Source of the DNA: a virus
Virus record (IMG/VR): IMGVR_UViG_3300030620_000002
Coordinates: 1-43,383 of that record
Reading direction: 5' to 3' (one strand)
Length of the DNA: 43,383 nt
Shown piece by piece: positions 32,007 to 39,117 of this stretch. The notes under the pieces were generated by a model that saw only the letters and a list, made by a program, of their open reading frames with translations, was not told the DNA's origin and did no database searches. The position numbers and the translations under genes are program-made. Numbering within the stretch: the stretch's first letter is position 1; every line of letters begins with the position of its first letter.

Positions 32007-32266
32007 GCGAGAGGAAGGCGCCGCAGCAGCGCGCGCTGGAAATCGTCCGATACGAGGTCGAGCGGAGCGGGGGCACACCCGGGGAGGTCACCCTCTCGAC
32101 GCGGCTGTGCGACCTGGGGCTCGACTCGCTCGCTCTACTCGAGCTCCAGATCTCCCTCGAGGACGAGTTCGACGTCGAGCTCCTCGAGGAGATGTTAGCC
32201 GGAGGGACGGTCGGCGAGCTGATCATCCAGGCCGTGAGGCGAGAGCAGGGCCAAGAGGGCCAGTGA
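32003..32266 (+). CDS. Acyl/peptidyl carrier protein-like (PP-binding) protein (87 aa)
   Basis: GTGA coupling. TRLCDLGLDSLALLELQISLEDEFDVELLEEMLAGGTVGELI carries the DSL phosphopantetheine-attachment motif in its usual helix-II context. Confidence 0.75.
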   Translation: MSERKAPQQRALEIVRYEVERSGGTPGEVTLSTRLCDLGLDSLALLELQISLEDEFDVELLEEMLAGGTVGELIIQAVRREQGQEGQ

Positions 32267-32300
32267 CCGAGCCGCATCACCAAACGAAGGCCAACTGAGC

Positions 32301-32831
32301 GTGCCCGCCTGGCTGCAGTCGATCGTCGACTTCTTCGGCCGCTTCCGCCTCTGGTACGTCGTCATGCCCTGGGAGCGCGCAGTGCGCGTGCGCCTCGGCA
32401 ACCGCGTCGTCAAGCGCGGCCCCGGCTTCCACTGGAAGCTGCCTCTCCTCGACCGCGTGTTCATCCAGAACGTCCGCCTACACGTGGTCAGCACCTGCAG
32501 CCAGGTCCTCGAGGACGGCGATGGACGAACCGTGGCCGTCGTCGCGTGCATCGGCTTCAGCATCGACGACATCTTGCGCGTGTACACCAGCGTGCAGCAT
32601 CTCGACGAGGCGCTCTACTCCTGGGCCTCCGCCGCCCTGGCGGATCACATCACGAAGGGTCGTGCGGCCGCCGAAGAGGCGGTGGCGCGGAGTCTCGAAG
32701 AGCAGGCGACCAGGTGGGGGATACGCATCGAGTTCTTTCGCTTGACCGACTACACACGGGTCCGTGCGTTCCGGCTGCTGCAAGGAGACCGCTGGTCGCG
32801 CTCAGAAATCGACCTGGGGAAGGGCCTATGA
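32301..32831 (+). CDS. SPFH/Band-7 (stomatin/prohibitin-like) domain protein (176 aa)
   Basis: VVMPWERAVRVRLGNRVVKRGPGFHWKLPLLDRVFIQNVRLHVVSTCSQVLEDGDGRTVAVVACIGFSIDD follows the SPFH pattern (P..E.AV....G.....GPG.H...P..D.V....R). Confidence 0.75.
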   Translation: MPAWLQSIVDFFGRFRLWYVVMPWERAVRVRLGNRVVKRGPGFHWKLPLLDRVFIQNVRLHVVSTCSQVLEDGDGRTVAVVACIGFSIDDILRVYTSVQHLDEALYSWASAALADHITKGRAAAEEAVARSLEEQATRWGIRIEFFRLTDYTRVRAFRLLQGDRWSRSEIDLGKGL

Positions 32832-33829
32832 CGGAGCCCCACCACCAGCTGCGCGACGTCCTCCGCCGCGGCCGCGCCCGCCTGCCGGCGGAGCTGCAGC
32901 CGGCTGGGGCGCTCCTCGTCCTGCGCGAGCTGACCGAGTGGCGCGACCTGGACCCGTCAAGCCGGCAGCTCGAGGAGGCCACGGGCCAGCACCGGAGCCG
33001 GATCCGCCGCTACCTCGACCAGGCCGTGGCCTGCGGGCTCCTCGTCGTCCTCCAGGAGGCATCGGCGGGCGGTCGAGGGCGCCGCGGCCGCGGCCGCCGC
33101 TACGGACTCGGTCCGCTCGCTCTCCAGGCCCTGCCAGAAAGCGGGGACGCCAGGTCCCCTGTTTCTGGCGCTGCCCCGCCTGAAAGTGGGGACGCCACGT
33201 CCCCTGTTTCCGAGAAAGCGGGGACCAAAGTGGGGACCAAAGTGGGGACCAAAGTGGGGACGCCACGTCCCCCTCACCTACACCTACACCGTACGGATAC
33301 ACCCCCCCCTACCCCCCCTCGGGACGAGGGGGGGCCAGTCGAGCTCCGAATCGCAGCCAGGCGACGACGGCCACGGCACCGCGACGAGCGGGATGCCCTC
33401 GAGGCGTACGGTCAGGAGCTCGGGCTCACCCTCGACACCGAGCTGCGGGACCGGATCCGCGACGCGCTGCGCGACGGCTGGGCGGTCGATCGGATCCGGT
33501 CGAGCCTCGAGCGCCGCGCCGGGCGGCCGCGGTCGCCGCCGGCGCCGGAGCGGCCGCTACCGACGCGCGAGGCGCTGCGGCTGTGGGAGGGCGCCGTCTG
33601 CTGGCTCGAGTCCCGAGTCCCGCGCCGGTCGTGGCTCACCTGGCTCCGAGCCGGCACCTGGGGCTACCGCCTCGACGGCGAGCGCCTGGTCGTCGGCGTC
33701 GCCACCCCCGCACACCAGCGCTGGCTCGCCGGCCACGTCGAGTGGCGGCCGCTCTACCTCGAGGCGCTCGCCGCCGGCGGCCACGCGGGGCTCGAGGTCC
33801 TCTTCGAGACGGGACTCCCAGGAGGTTGA
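32828..33829 (+). CDS. Replication initiator candidate: N-terminal wHTH, iteron-encoding linker, DnaA-N-like C-terminus
   Basis: ATGA coupling. The N-terminus has LEEATGQHRSRIRRYLDQAVACGLL. The C-terminus WEGAVCWLESRVPRRSWLTWLRAGTWGYRLDGERLVVGVATPAHQRWLAGHVEWRPLYLEAL resembles the DnaA domain I pattern. Confidence 0.6.
   Translation: MTEPHHQLRDVLRRGRARLPAELQPAGALLVLRELTEWRDLDPSSRQLEEATGQHRSRIRRYLDQAVACGLLVVLQEASAGGRGRRGRGRRYGLGPLALQALPESGDARSPVSGAAPPESGDATSPVSEKAGTKVGTKVGTKVGTPRPPHLHLHRTDTPPPTPPRDEGGPVELRIAARRRRPRHRDERDALEAYGQELGLTLDTELRDRIRDALRDGWAVDRIRSSLERRAGRPRSPPAPERPLPTREALRLWEGAVCWLESRVPRRSWLTWLRAGTWGYRLDGERLVVGVATPAHQRWLAGHVEWRPLYLEALAAGGHAGLEVLFETGLPGG
33135..33277. repeat. Candidate origin of replication: six AAAG(C/T)GGGGAC iterons plus three GGGGACGCCA(C/G)GTCCCC palindromes
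   Basis: Iterons start at 33138, 33183, 33215, 33227, 33239 and 33251; the last four are in exact 12-bp phase. Inverted GTCCCC partners are at 33154, 33199 and 33267. Confidence 0.6.
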
Positions 33830-33831
33830 CG

Positions 33832-35538
33832 ATGCTGAAGGTGGGCGCCGGGTTCCAGCTCGCGATCGAGCACGTCGAGGACGTCGTCGCGATCATCGGC
33901 CGCCGCGGCCGCGGGAAGACGTCGACCGCGGCCGTGCTCGTCGAGGAGCTCCACCGCGCGCGGCACCGGTTCTGCGTCGCGGATCCAGTCGGGGTCTGGC
34001 ACGGGCTCAAGTCCTCGAGGGACGGGAAGTCCCCCGGCCTCCCGGCGATCGTGATGGGCGGCGATCACGGGGACGTCCCCCTCGAGGCGACGGCGGGGCG
34101 GGTGATCGCCGACTTCGTAGCGACCTCGGACAGCTCCGTCGTCCTCGACTTCCTGCACTTCCGCAAGGCCCACATGAGCCGCTTCATGACCGACTTCCTC
34201 GAGGAGCTCTACACCAAGAGCCGGCGGGCGCTCCACCTGGTGCTTGACGAGGCCGACAAGTTCATCCCGCAGCGCGTGGACGGCAGCAACGCGCAGCTGG
34301 TCGGCGCCGCCGAGGACGTCGTCAAGATGGGCCGGGCCCGGGGGTTGCTGCCCATCCTCATCACGCAGCGGCCAGCCTCGCTCAACAAGAACGCGCTCTC
34401 GCAGGCGGGCCTGCTGATCGCGCATGGCCTGACCTCGCCCCACGACCGCAAGGCCGTCGACCTCTGGGTGAGGGAGAACGCCACCGAGGAGCAGCGCAAG
34501 GCCTTCCACGCCTCGCTCGCCGGGCTCGACCGGGGCGTCGCGTGGTTCTGGCAGCCGGAGGCCGAGATCTTCCGCCAGGTGTCCGTGCGGGAGCGCGCCA
34601 CGTTCGACTCGTCGTCGACGCCGAAGGCCGGGGGCCATCGCGCCGCGCCGAAGGTCGTCGCGAAGGTCGACCTGGAGCAGCTCGAGAAGCGGATCCGGTC
34701 GACCATCGAGGAGCGGAAGGCGAACGACCCGAAGGAGCTGCGGCGCAGGATCGGCGAGCTCGAGCGCCAACTGGCGAAGCCGCCCACGCTGGCGCCGGCG
34801 ACGGTGGAGCGGGTCGAGGTCCCCATCCTGGAGGCGCCCACGGTGAAGCGCCTCGAGGCCGCGCTCGCGAAGGTGGACCGGCAGGCCGAGCGCCTCACCG
34901 CCGACGTCCAGCGCCTGGTCGACCTACAGGCTGACGTCAAGGCCCGCCAGGCGGAGATCCGGTCAGCCCTGATCACGCGCTCGGAGCGCGCACGACCGGC
35001 CGCGGCGCCGCCGCGCGTCTCGACGACGCCAGCGCCGCCTCGCCCTGCCCCGCGGCCGGCGCAGGGATCCGTCGGGGGCGGCCTGCAGCGGATCCTCGTC
35101 GCCCTCGCGCAGCGGCCGCAGGGACTGACGATCAAGCAGGTCGCGCTACGCGCGGGGCTGTCCAGCCGGAGCGGCACCTTCTCGACGTACGTCAGCCGCT
35201 GCCGCCAGCAGGGCTGGATCGCGGGCGGCAGCAAGGAGGTCCTCCGGATCACGGATGAGGGCCTCGAGGCGCAGGGGCCCTTCGAGCCCCTGCCCACGGG
35301 TGCCGGGCTGCTCGCCTACTGGTCGAGCCAACTCGGGGGTGGCGCTGCCAGGCTCCTCGAGGCGGTCGCTGCCGCCTACCCTGCCGAGCTGAGCAACGAC
35401 GAGGCCGCGGCCGCCGCGGGCCTCTCTGGGCGCAGCGGCACCTTCTCGACGTACGTGAGCCGCCTCCGCGGCCTGCAGCTGATCGACGGCGCGCGCGGGA
35501 GCGGCCGCCTGCGCGCGTCCGATGAGCTCTTCGAGTGA
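33832..35538 (+). CDS. HerA/FtsK-like P-loop ATPase (DUF87-type) with two C-terminal wHTH-like repeats (568 aa)
   Basis: Walker A is IIGRRGRGKTS and Walker B is HLVLDEADKF. LPILITQRPASLNKNALSQAGLLIAHGLTS also fits the family. A coiled-coil lies in the middle. The repeat GLS.RSGTFSTYVSR.R occurs twice at the C-terminus. Confidence 0.75.
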   Translation: MLKVGAGFQLAIEHVEDVVAIIGRRGRGKTSTAAVLVEELHRARHRFCVADPVGVWHGLKSSRDGKSPGLPAIVMGGDHGDVPLEATAGRVIADFVATSDSSVVLDFLHFRKAHMSRFMTDFLEELYTKSRRALHLVLDEADKFIPQRVDGSNAQLVGAAEDVVKMGRARGLLPILITQRPASLNKNALSQAGLLIAHGLTSPHDRKAVDLWVRENATEEQRKAFHASLAGLDRGVAWFWQPEAEIFRQVSVRERATFDSSSTPKAGGHRAAPKVVAKVDLEQLEKRIRSTIEERKANDPKELRRRIGELERQLAKPPTLAPATVERVEVPILEAPTVKRLEAALAKVDRQAERLTADVQRLVDLQADVKARQAEIRSALITRSERARPAAAPPRVSTTPAPPRPAPRPAQGSVGGGLQRILVALAQRPQGLTIKQVALRAGLSSRSGTFSTYVSRCRQQGWIAGGSKEVLRITDEGLEAQGPFEPLPTGAGLLAYWSSQLGGGAARLLEAVAAAYPAELSNDEAAAAAGLSGRSGTFSTYVSRLRGLQLIDGARGSGRLRASDELFE

Positions 35539-35927
35539 GCGAGCGCCGTACGATCACGATCCCGGGTCTGCCGGTCGGAAAGCCGCGGCAGACCCGGCGC
35601 GACCGCTGGGCCAGGCGGCCGGCGGTGCTCCGATACCGGGCCTGGGCCGACACCGCCCGAGCCGCGGTGCTCGCCGCCCTCGGCGCCCACGCCCTCGACC
35701 AGGTCCCGCTCGAGGTCCACGTCCTCGCCTGGTTCCCCCTGCCCCAACGCCGCCGCCCGGGCGTCAGGCCTGGCTGGCCTTATCGGCAGAAGCCCGACGC
35801 CGACAACGTCATCAAGGCGGTCTGTGACGCCCTCTGGGCGCGGGACGAGCTCATCGCGGGATCCTCGTGCTGGTGCTCCTGGGACGACGGCCGCGGACCT
35901 CGACTGGAGGTCTGGTGGAGGGACTGA
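35535..35927 (+). CDS. rusA: RusA-family Holliday junction resolvase
   Basis: TIPGLPVGKPRQ...RQKPDADNVIKAVCDALW matches the RusA catalytic motif (KPDxDNxxKxxxDAL). Confidence 0.85.
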   Translation: MSERRTITIPGLPVGKPRQTRRDRWARRPAVLRYRAWADTARAAVLAALGAHALDQVPLEVHVLAWFPLPQRRRPGVRPGWPYRQKPDADNVIKAVCDALWARDELIAGSSCWCSWDDGRGPRLEVWWRD

Positions 35928-36121
35928 CGCCGGAGCAGCAGGAGATCCTCGAGCGCCTGCCGGCGGCGGTCGTCGAGCTGCTCGTCGAGGAGTTCCGTGC
36001 CCTGGGCCCGTCCAGGTCGGGCGAGATCCGCCTGGTCCTCGCAGTCGTGCGAGGCGCCGTCAGGGCGGAGCGCTCGTACATCGAGCCGCCGCGCCGGTGG
36101 GCCCGCCACCCGCGCGACTGA
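35915..36121 (+). CDS. Hypothetical small protein (68 aa)
   Basis: GTG 35915 lies in the frame of track ORF 35867..36121. It is the last gene before a 136-bp intergenic gap. Confidence 0.4.
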   Translation: MEGLTPEQQEILERLPAAVVELLVEEFRALGPSRSGEIRLVLAVVRGAVRAERSYIEPPRRWARHPRD

Positions 36122-36139
36122 CCCGGCCGCCGGAATGGC

Positions 36140-36168
36140 TTGACCGCGCGGCTGTCAGCCCGTACCCT
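36140..36168 (+). promoter_or_regulatory. Candidate promoter TTGACC-17-TACCCT upstream of the endolysin gene
   Basis: cTTGACCgcgcggctgtcagcccgTACCCTctg lies in the only sizeable intergenic gap of the + strand block. Confidence 0.4.
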
Positions 36169-36257
36169 CTGACCTGAGCCGCGTGGCTCCGGCGAGGTAG
36201 CCCGCGACGCAAGCGGGCCCGCCGGGGGGGATTGCCCGGTGCCGAGGGCCCTCCGAC

Positions 36258-36899
36258 ATGCCTCTCACGAGGCGAGTCGGAGGATCCTTGCCGGCAGACG
36301 CAGACCGGGCCACCGAGCCGCCCCTCTCGACATTCGACCGGGCCTTCACCCTCATCGTCCTCGCCGAGGGCGGCGCCGCCTTCAGCGACCACCCCCACGA
36401 CCCCGGCGGGCCCACGAAGTGGGGCGTCTCCTGGCGCGCGGTCCGCCTGCGCGATGCGGACCGCGACGGCCGCTTCGACTTCGACCTCGACTTCGACGGC
36501 GACGTTGATGTCGAGGACATCAGGCTGATCGAGCGCCACCACGCCGAGCAGCTCTTCGCGGAGGACTACTGGGCCCCCGCCGGCTGCGAGCGGTGGCCAG
36601 CGCCGGTGGCGATCGCCGTCGCCGACGCCGCGTACAACCAGGGCCCGCGGACCGCCGTCGCGATGCTCCAGCGCGCGGTCGGCCCCGGAGCGGGGCGGGA
36701 CGACGGGATCCCCGGACCCCGCACCCGCGCCGCCGTCGAGGCGCTCGAGGCCGCCGGGCGCGTCCGCCAGCTCCTCGCCGACTTCGCGACCCACCGAGCG
36801 GACCGCTACCGGCAGCACCCGCGCGTCGACACCTTCTTTCGCGGCTGGATCGCGCGGCTCATCGAGCTCGACAGGGCTCTGGCTGGAGGTTGCCAGTGA
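36258..36899 (+). CDS. Endolysin, glycoside hydrolase family 108 plus PG_binding_3-like C-terminus
   Basis: LAEGGAAFSDHPHDPGGPTKWGVS matches the GH108 motif (EGGYxxxxxDPGGxTxxGI). ADAAYNQGPRTAVAMLQRAV...DDGIPGPRTRAAV...FFRGWIARL fits the peptidoglycan-binding part. Confidence 0.85.
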   Translation: MPLTRRVGGSLPADADRATEPPLSTFDRAFTLIVLAEGGAAFSDHPHDPGGPTKWGVSWRAVRLRDADRDGRFDFDLDFDGDVDVEDIRLIERHHAEQLFAEDYWAPAGCERWPAPVAIAVADAAYNQGPRTAVAMLQRAVGPGAGRDDGIPGPRTRAAVEALEAAGRVRQLLADFATHRADRYRQHPRVDTFFRGWIARLIELDRALAGGCQ

Positions 36900-37981
36900 A
36901 GCGACGACGCTGGACGGGTCTGTGCGTAGTGCTCGTGGCGATGGTGCCCGGGCTGGTGATGGCGCACGGCTGCGCGAGCTTCCCGATCCAGCTCGAGCGC
37001 GAGGACTGGCCCGTGCGGGACGACGGGACCCCGTACGCGAGCTGTCAGCTCGGTGCCAACGTGCCGGAGGACATGCCGCGGGTGTCGTGCGACTGCGCGA
37101 CCGAGGGCCCGGTGGTCGACTTCGTCGGGACCTGGGAGATCCGCGAGTGTCCCGCGCCGCCACCTCCACCGCCTCCACCGCCGGAGCCCGACCCCGAGCC
37201 CGATCCTGACCCGACGCCTCCTCCGCCCCCTCCGCCGGCAGGCACGTGTCCGCCCATCACGGCCTTCCGTTGCTTCGACGGCGACTCAACGGCGCTCGCC
37301 GGCGTCGAGGTCTCGGCTGCCGAGCGCCGCGTCATCGCCTCAAGGCCGGGCTACCTGATCGAGGTGCACGAGCGAGGGCAGCACCTCCGGGCCAAGATCC
37401 GGACCCCGGACCCCGGCGCCGAGCCCGACCTGCGCCGCTGGACGGAGGACGTAGCCGCCGAGCTGCGTCGCGCCGGCTACTGCGCCTACAGCGGCGATCC
37501 AGGCGGCAGCTCGCCCGACGAGATCCTGATCGTCGTGGACGACCCGGAGGGCCTCGTCGACGCCGAGCAATGGGACCTCGCGAAGTGCGGCGCGGTCGAC
37601 CCCGACAAGCGCTATTGCGTTGGGAGCGATCTCGAGCACCAGCCGTTCGACTGCGTGCTCCGGGACTCGGGTCCCGACCTGGGATCCGGTGGCCCGGGCG
37701 ACCCCGGGCCCGAAGACGAGCCGGAGGGCTACTGCACCGTCAGGGGGCACGGCAACGCGGACGGGCCGCTGCGGTTCCCGACCATGCTCGCCGCGTGCCA
37801 GTTCTCGCTCGATTGGGCGAGCGACGCCGGGCACACGACGCGCCACACGAGCGGCGGCGAGACGTGGTTCTACGACGAGGGCCGGGGCTGGTATCGCCGC
37901 GCGACGTGCGAGCGGTACGACTCGCCGGGTGGGCGTCGGCTCAGCGGGCCCGAGTGGTTCGGCGTCGAGTGCTTCCCGTGA
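36896..37981 (+). CDS. Secreted Cys-rich lipoprotein candidate with a poly-Pro/Asp-Pro linker (361 aa)
   Basis: GTGA coupling to the endolysin gene. Signal/lipobox-like VKRRRWTGLCVVLVAMVPGLVMAHGCAS. Linker PAPPPPPPPPPEPDPEPDPDPTPPPPPPPAG. Many Cys residues. Confidence 0.6.
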   Translation: MKRRRWTGLCVVLVAMVPGLVMAHGCASFPIQLEREDWPVRDDGTPYASCQLGANVPEDMPRVSCDCATEGPVVDFVGTWEIRECPAPPPPPPPPPEPDPEPDPDPTPPPPPPPAGTCPPITAFRCFDGDSTALAGVEVSAAERRVIASRPGYLIEVHERGQHLRAKIRTPDPGAEPDLRRWTEDVAAELRRAGYCAYSGDPGGSSPDEILIVVDDPEGLVDAEQWDLAKCGAVDPDKRYCVGSDLEHQPFDCVLRDSGPDLGSGGPGDPGPEDEPEGYCTVRGHGNADGPLRFPTMLAACQFSLDWASDAGHTTRHTSGGETWFYDEGRGWYRRATCERYDSPGGRRLSGPEWFGVECFP

Positions 37982-38124
37982 GCAGCGGGCTCGCCGTGTG
38001 CTCGGGGTGCGGCCGAGAGGTGCACCAGGATGGCGAACGCCCACCAGACTGGAGGTATCCGCGCGGCTGGCGCCACTGCAAGCGCCGGTGGACGCCGCCG
38101 AAGCCGCGGCCGGGCAGCCGAGCG

Positions 38125-38457
38125 CTACTCCTGCTCGCGCTCGGCCTTGCGGCGCCGCCGGGACTCGGCGCGGAGCCGCCCCTGCTCCTTCCGCTCCTCG
38201 GGCGTGAGGCTCTGCCAGTACGCGCGGCTCACGTCCCCGGCGGAGGCCCGGGCCTTCGAGGGGCCTCGGACACGCCCGCCGAGGGACCCGAGAGCGCGGG
38301 CAGCCTCGGTCGTGTTCGCGGCTTGGATCTCGGCCCGGGCCGCGTCCGCGAGCGCCAAGAGTGCCTCCCGCTGCGATGGGTGGGTCTCCTCGCGGCCGTC
38401 GGCGTAGATGACGACCCGGGTGCGCTCGATGCGGCCCACCCCGGGGATCGAGACCAT
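38125..38457 (-). CDS. Orphan protein 3 of the minus-strand cassette (110 aa, basic C-terminal tail)
   Basis: The ATG abuts the upstream TAG. High GC3. ...SRAYWQSLTPEERKEQGRLRAESRRRRKAEREQE. Confidence 0.6.
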   Translation of the reverse strand: MVSIPGVGRIERTRVVIYADGREETHPSQREALLALADAARAEIQAANTTEAARALGSLGGRVRGPSKARASAGDVSRAYWQSLTPEERKEQGRLRAESRRRRKAEREQE

Positions 38458-38703
38458 CTACAGCTCGAACCGGTGGCGGTGGCCGCCACCCGCGGGGTAG
38501 GGGTAGGCGGCGAAGCCCTCGCCGCGCCGCACCATCACGATCGTCGGCACGGGGAGGCCCCGTCCCGCAGCCCACTCACGCACGCCCTCCGGGCTCCTGC
38601 CTGGCGTCGGGCTGTCGACGTGGATTCGGAGCCCGTGCTCCTGGGCGGCCAGCATCACGGACTGTCCGGGCCGACACCAGATCGTATTCGCGTTCGTGCT
38701 CAT
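38458..38703 (-). CDS. Orphan protein 2 of the minus-strand cassette (81 aa; alternative start 38745)
   Basis: ATG 38703 is preceded by a GAGGAGAG RBS. MSTNANTIWCRPGQSVMLAAQEHGLRIHVDSP... Confidence 0.55.
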   Translation of the reverse strand: MSTNANTIWCRPGQSVMLAAQEHGLRIHVDSPTPGRSPEGVREWAAGRGLPVPTIVMVRRGEGFAAYPYPAGGGHRHRFEL

Positions 38704-38787
38704 CTCACTCTCCTCGGGCCGCCCATCGGCCCAGGTCTGATCCATCTCGTCGGGGGCGGGACCGAAGTCCTCCCCCGGCGGCAGGGA

Positions 38788-39051
38788 TCAGAGAGTGGGG
38801 ATCCGGTGCAGCCGATAGCCGGCCGCTTCCGCTTGCGTGATCATCTCGTCCGCGAGCGGCAGGTCCTCGTCGTGCGTCATGGTGAGTCCGCCATACACCT
38901 CGGCGGATCCGTACGCGATGCCGTCGACCACCACGACCGGGAGCCCGTAGCTGCTCGCGGCGTGCTCGGTCGTCAACACCCCGTACCGCGCCTCGGCGCG
39001 ATTCCCCGGCTCCGTGTACGTCATCACCCGTATGCTCATCGTGTCCTCCAT
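38788..39051 (-). CDS. Orphan protein 1 of the minus-strand cassette (87 aa; alternative start 39039)
   Basis: The ATG lies 6 nt downstream of a TATATT -10 box, so the mRNA would be leaderless. GC3 is about 88% by direct count. MEDTMSIRVMTYTEPGNRAEARYGVLTTEHAASSYGLPVVVVDG... Confidence 0.65.
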   Translation of the reverse strand: MEDTMSIRVMTYTEPGNRAEARYGVLTTEHAASSYGLPVVVVDGIAYGSAEVYGGLTMTHDEDLPLADEMITQAEAAGYRLHRIPTL

Positions 39052-39057
39052 ACCCCC

Positions 39058-39086
39058 AATATACCGCCAGCGCTGGCGGGTGTCAA
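39058..39086 (-). promoter_or_regulatory. Near-consensus sigma70 promoter TTGACA-17-TATATT driving the minus-strand cassette
   Basis: The reverse complement reads TTGACAcccgccagcgctggcggTATATTgggggtATG. The spacer is almost entirely the palindromic operator. Confidence 0.65.
39064..39079. promoter_or_regulatory. Operator candidate O1: perfect 16-bp palindrome CCGCCAGCGCTGGCGG
   Basis: Read directly. It lies in the -35/-10 spacer of the cassette promoter. Confidence 0.6.
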
Positions 39087-39117
39087 GGTGGATCGACAGC
39101 GCGGGGCCACCCTTCTT

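Noticed and set aside
33215-33262. Tandem 12-bp repeats (ggggaccaaagt x4), considered as a possible CRISPR array or VNTR.
   Set aside because: The repeats are contiguous with no spacers, only 12 bp long, and lie in-frame inside a gene (GTKVGTKVGTKV). They are better explained as replication iterons.
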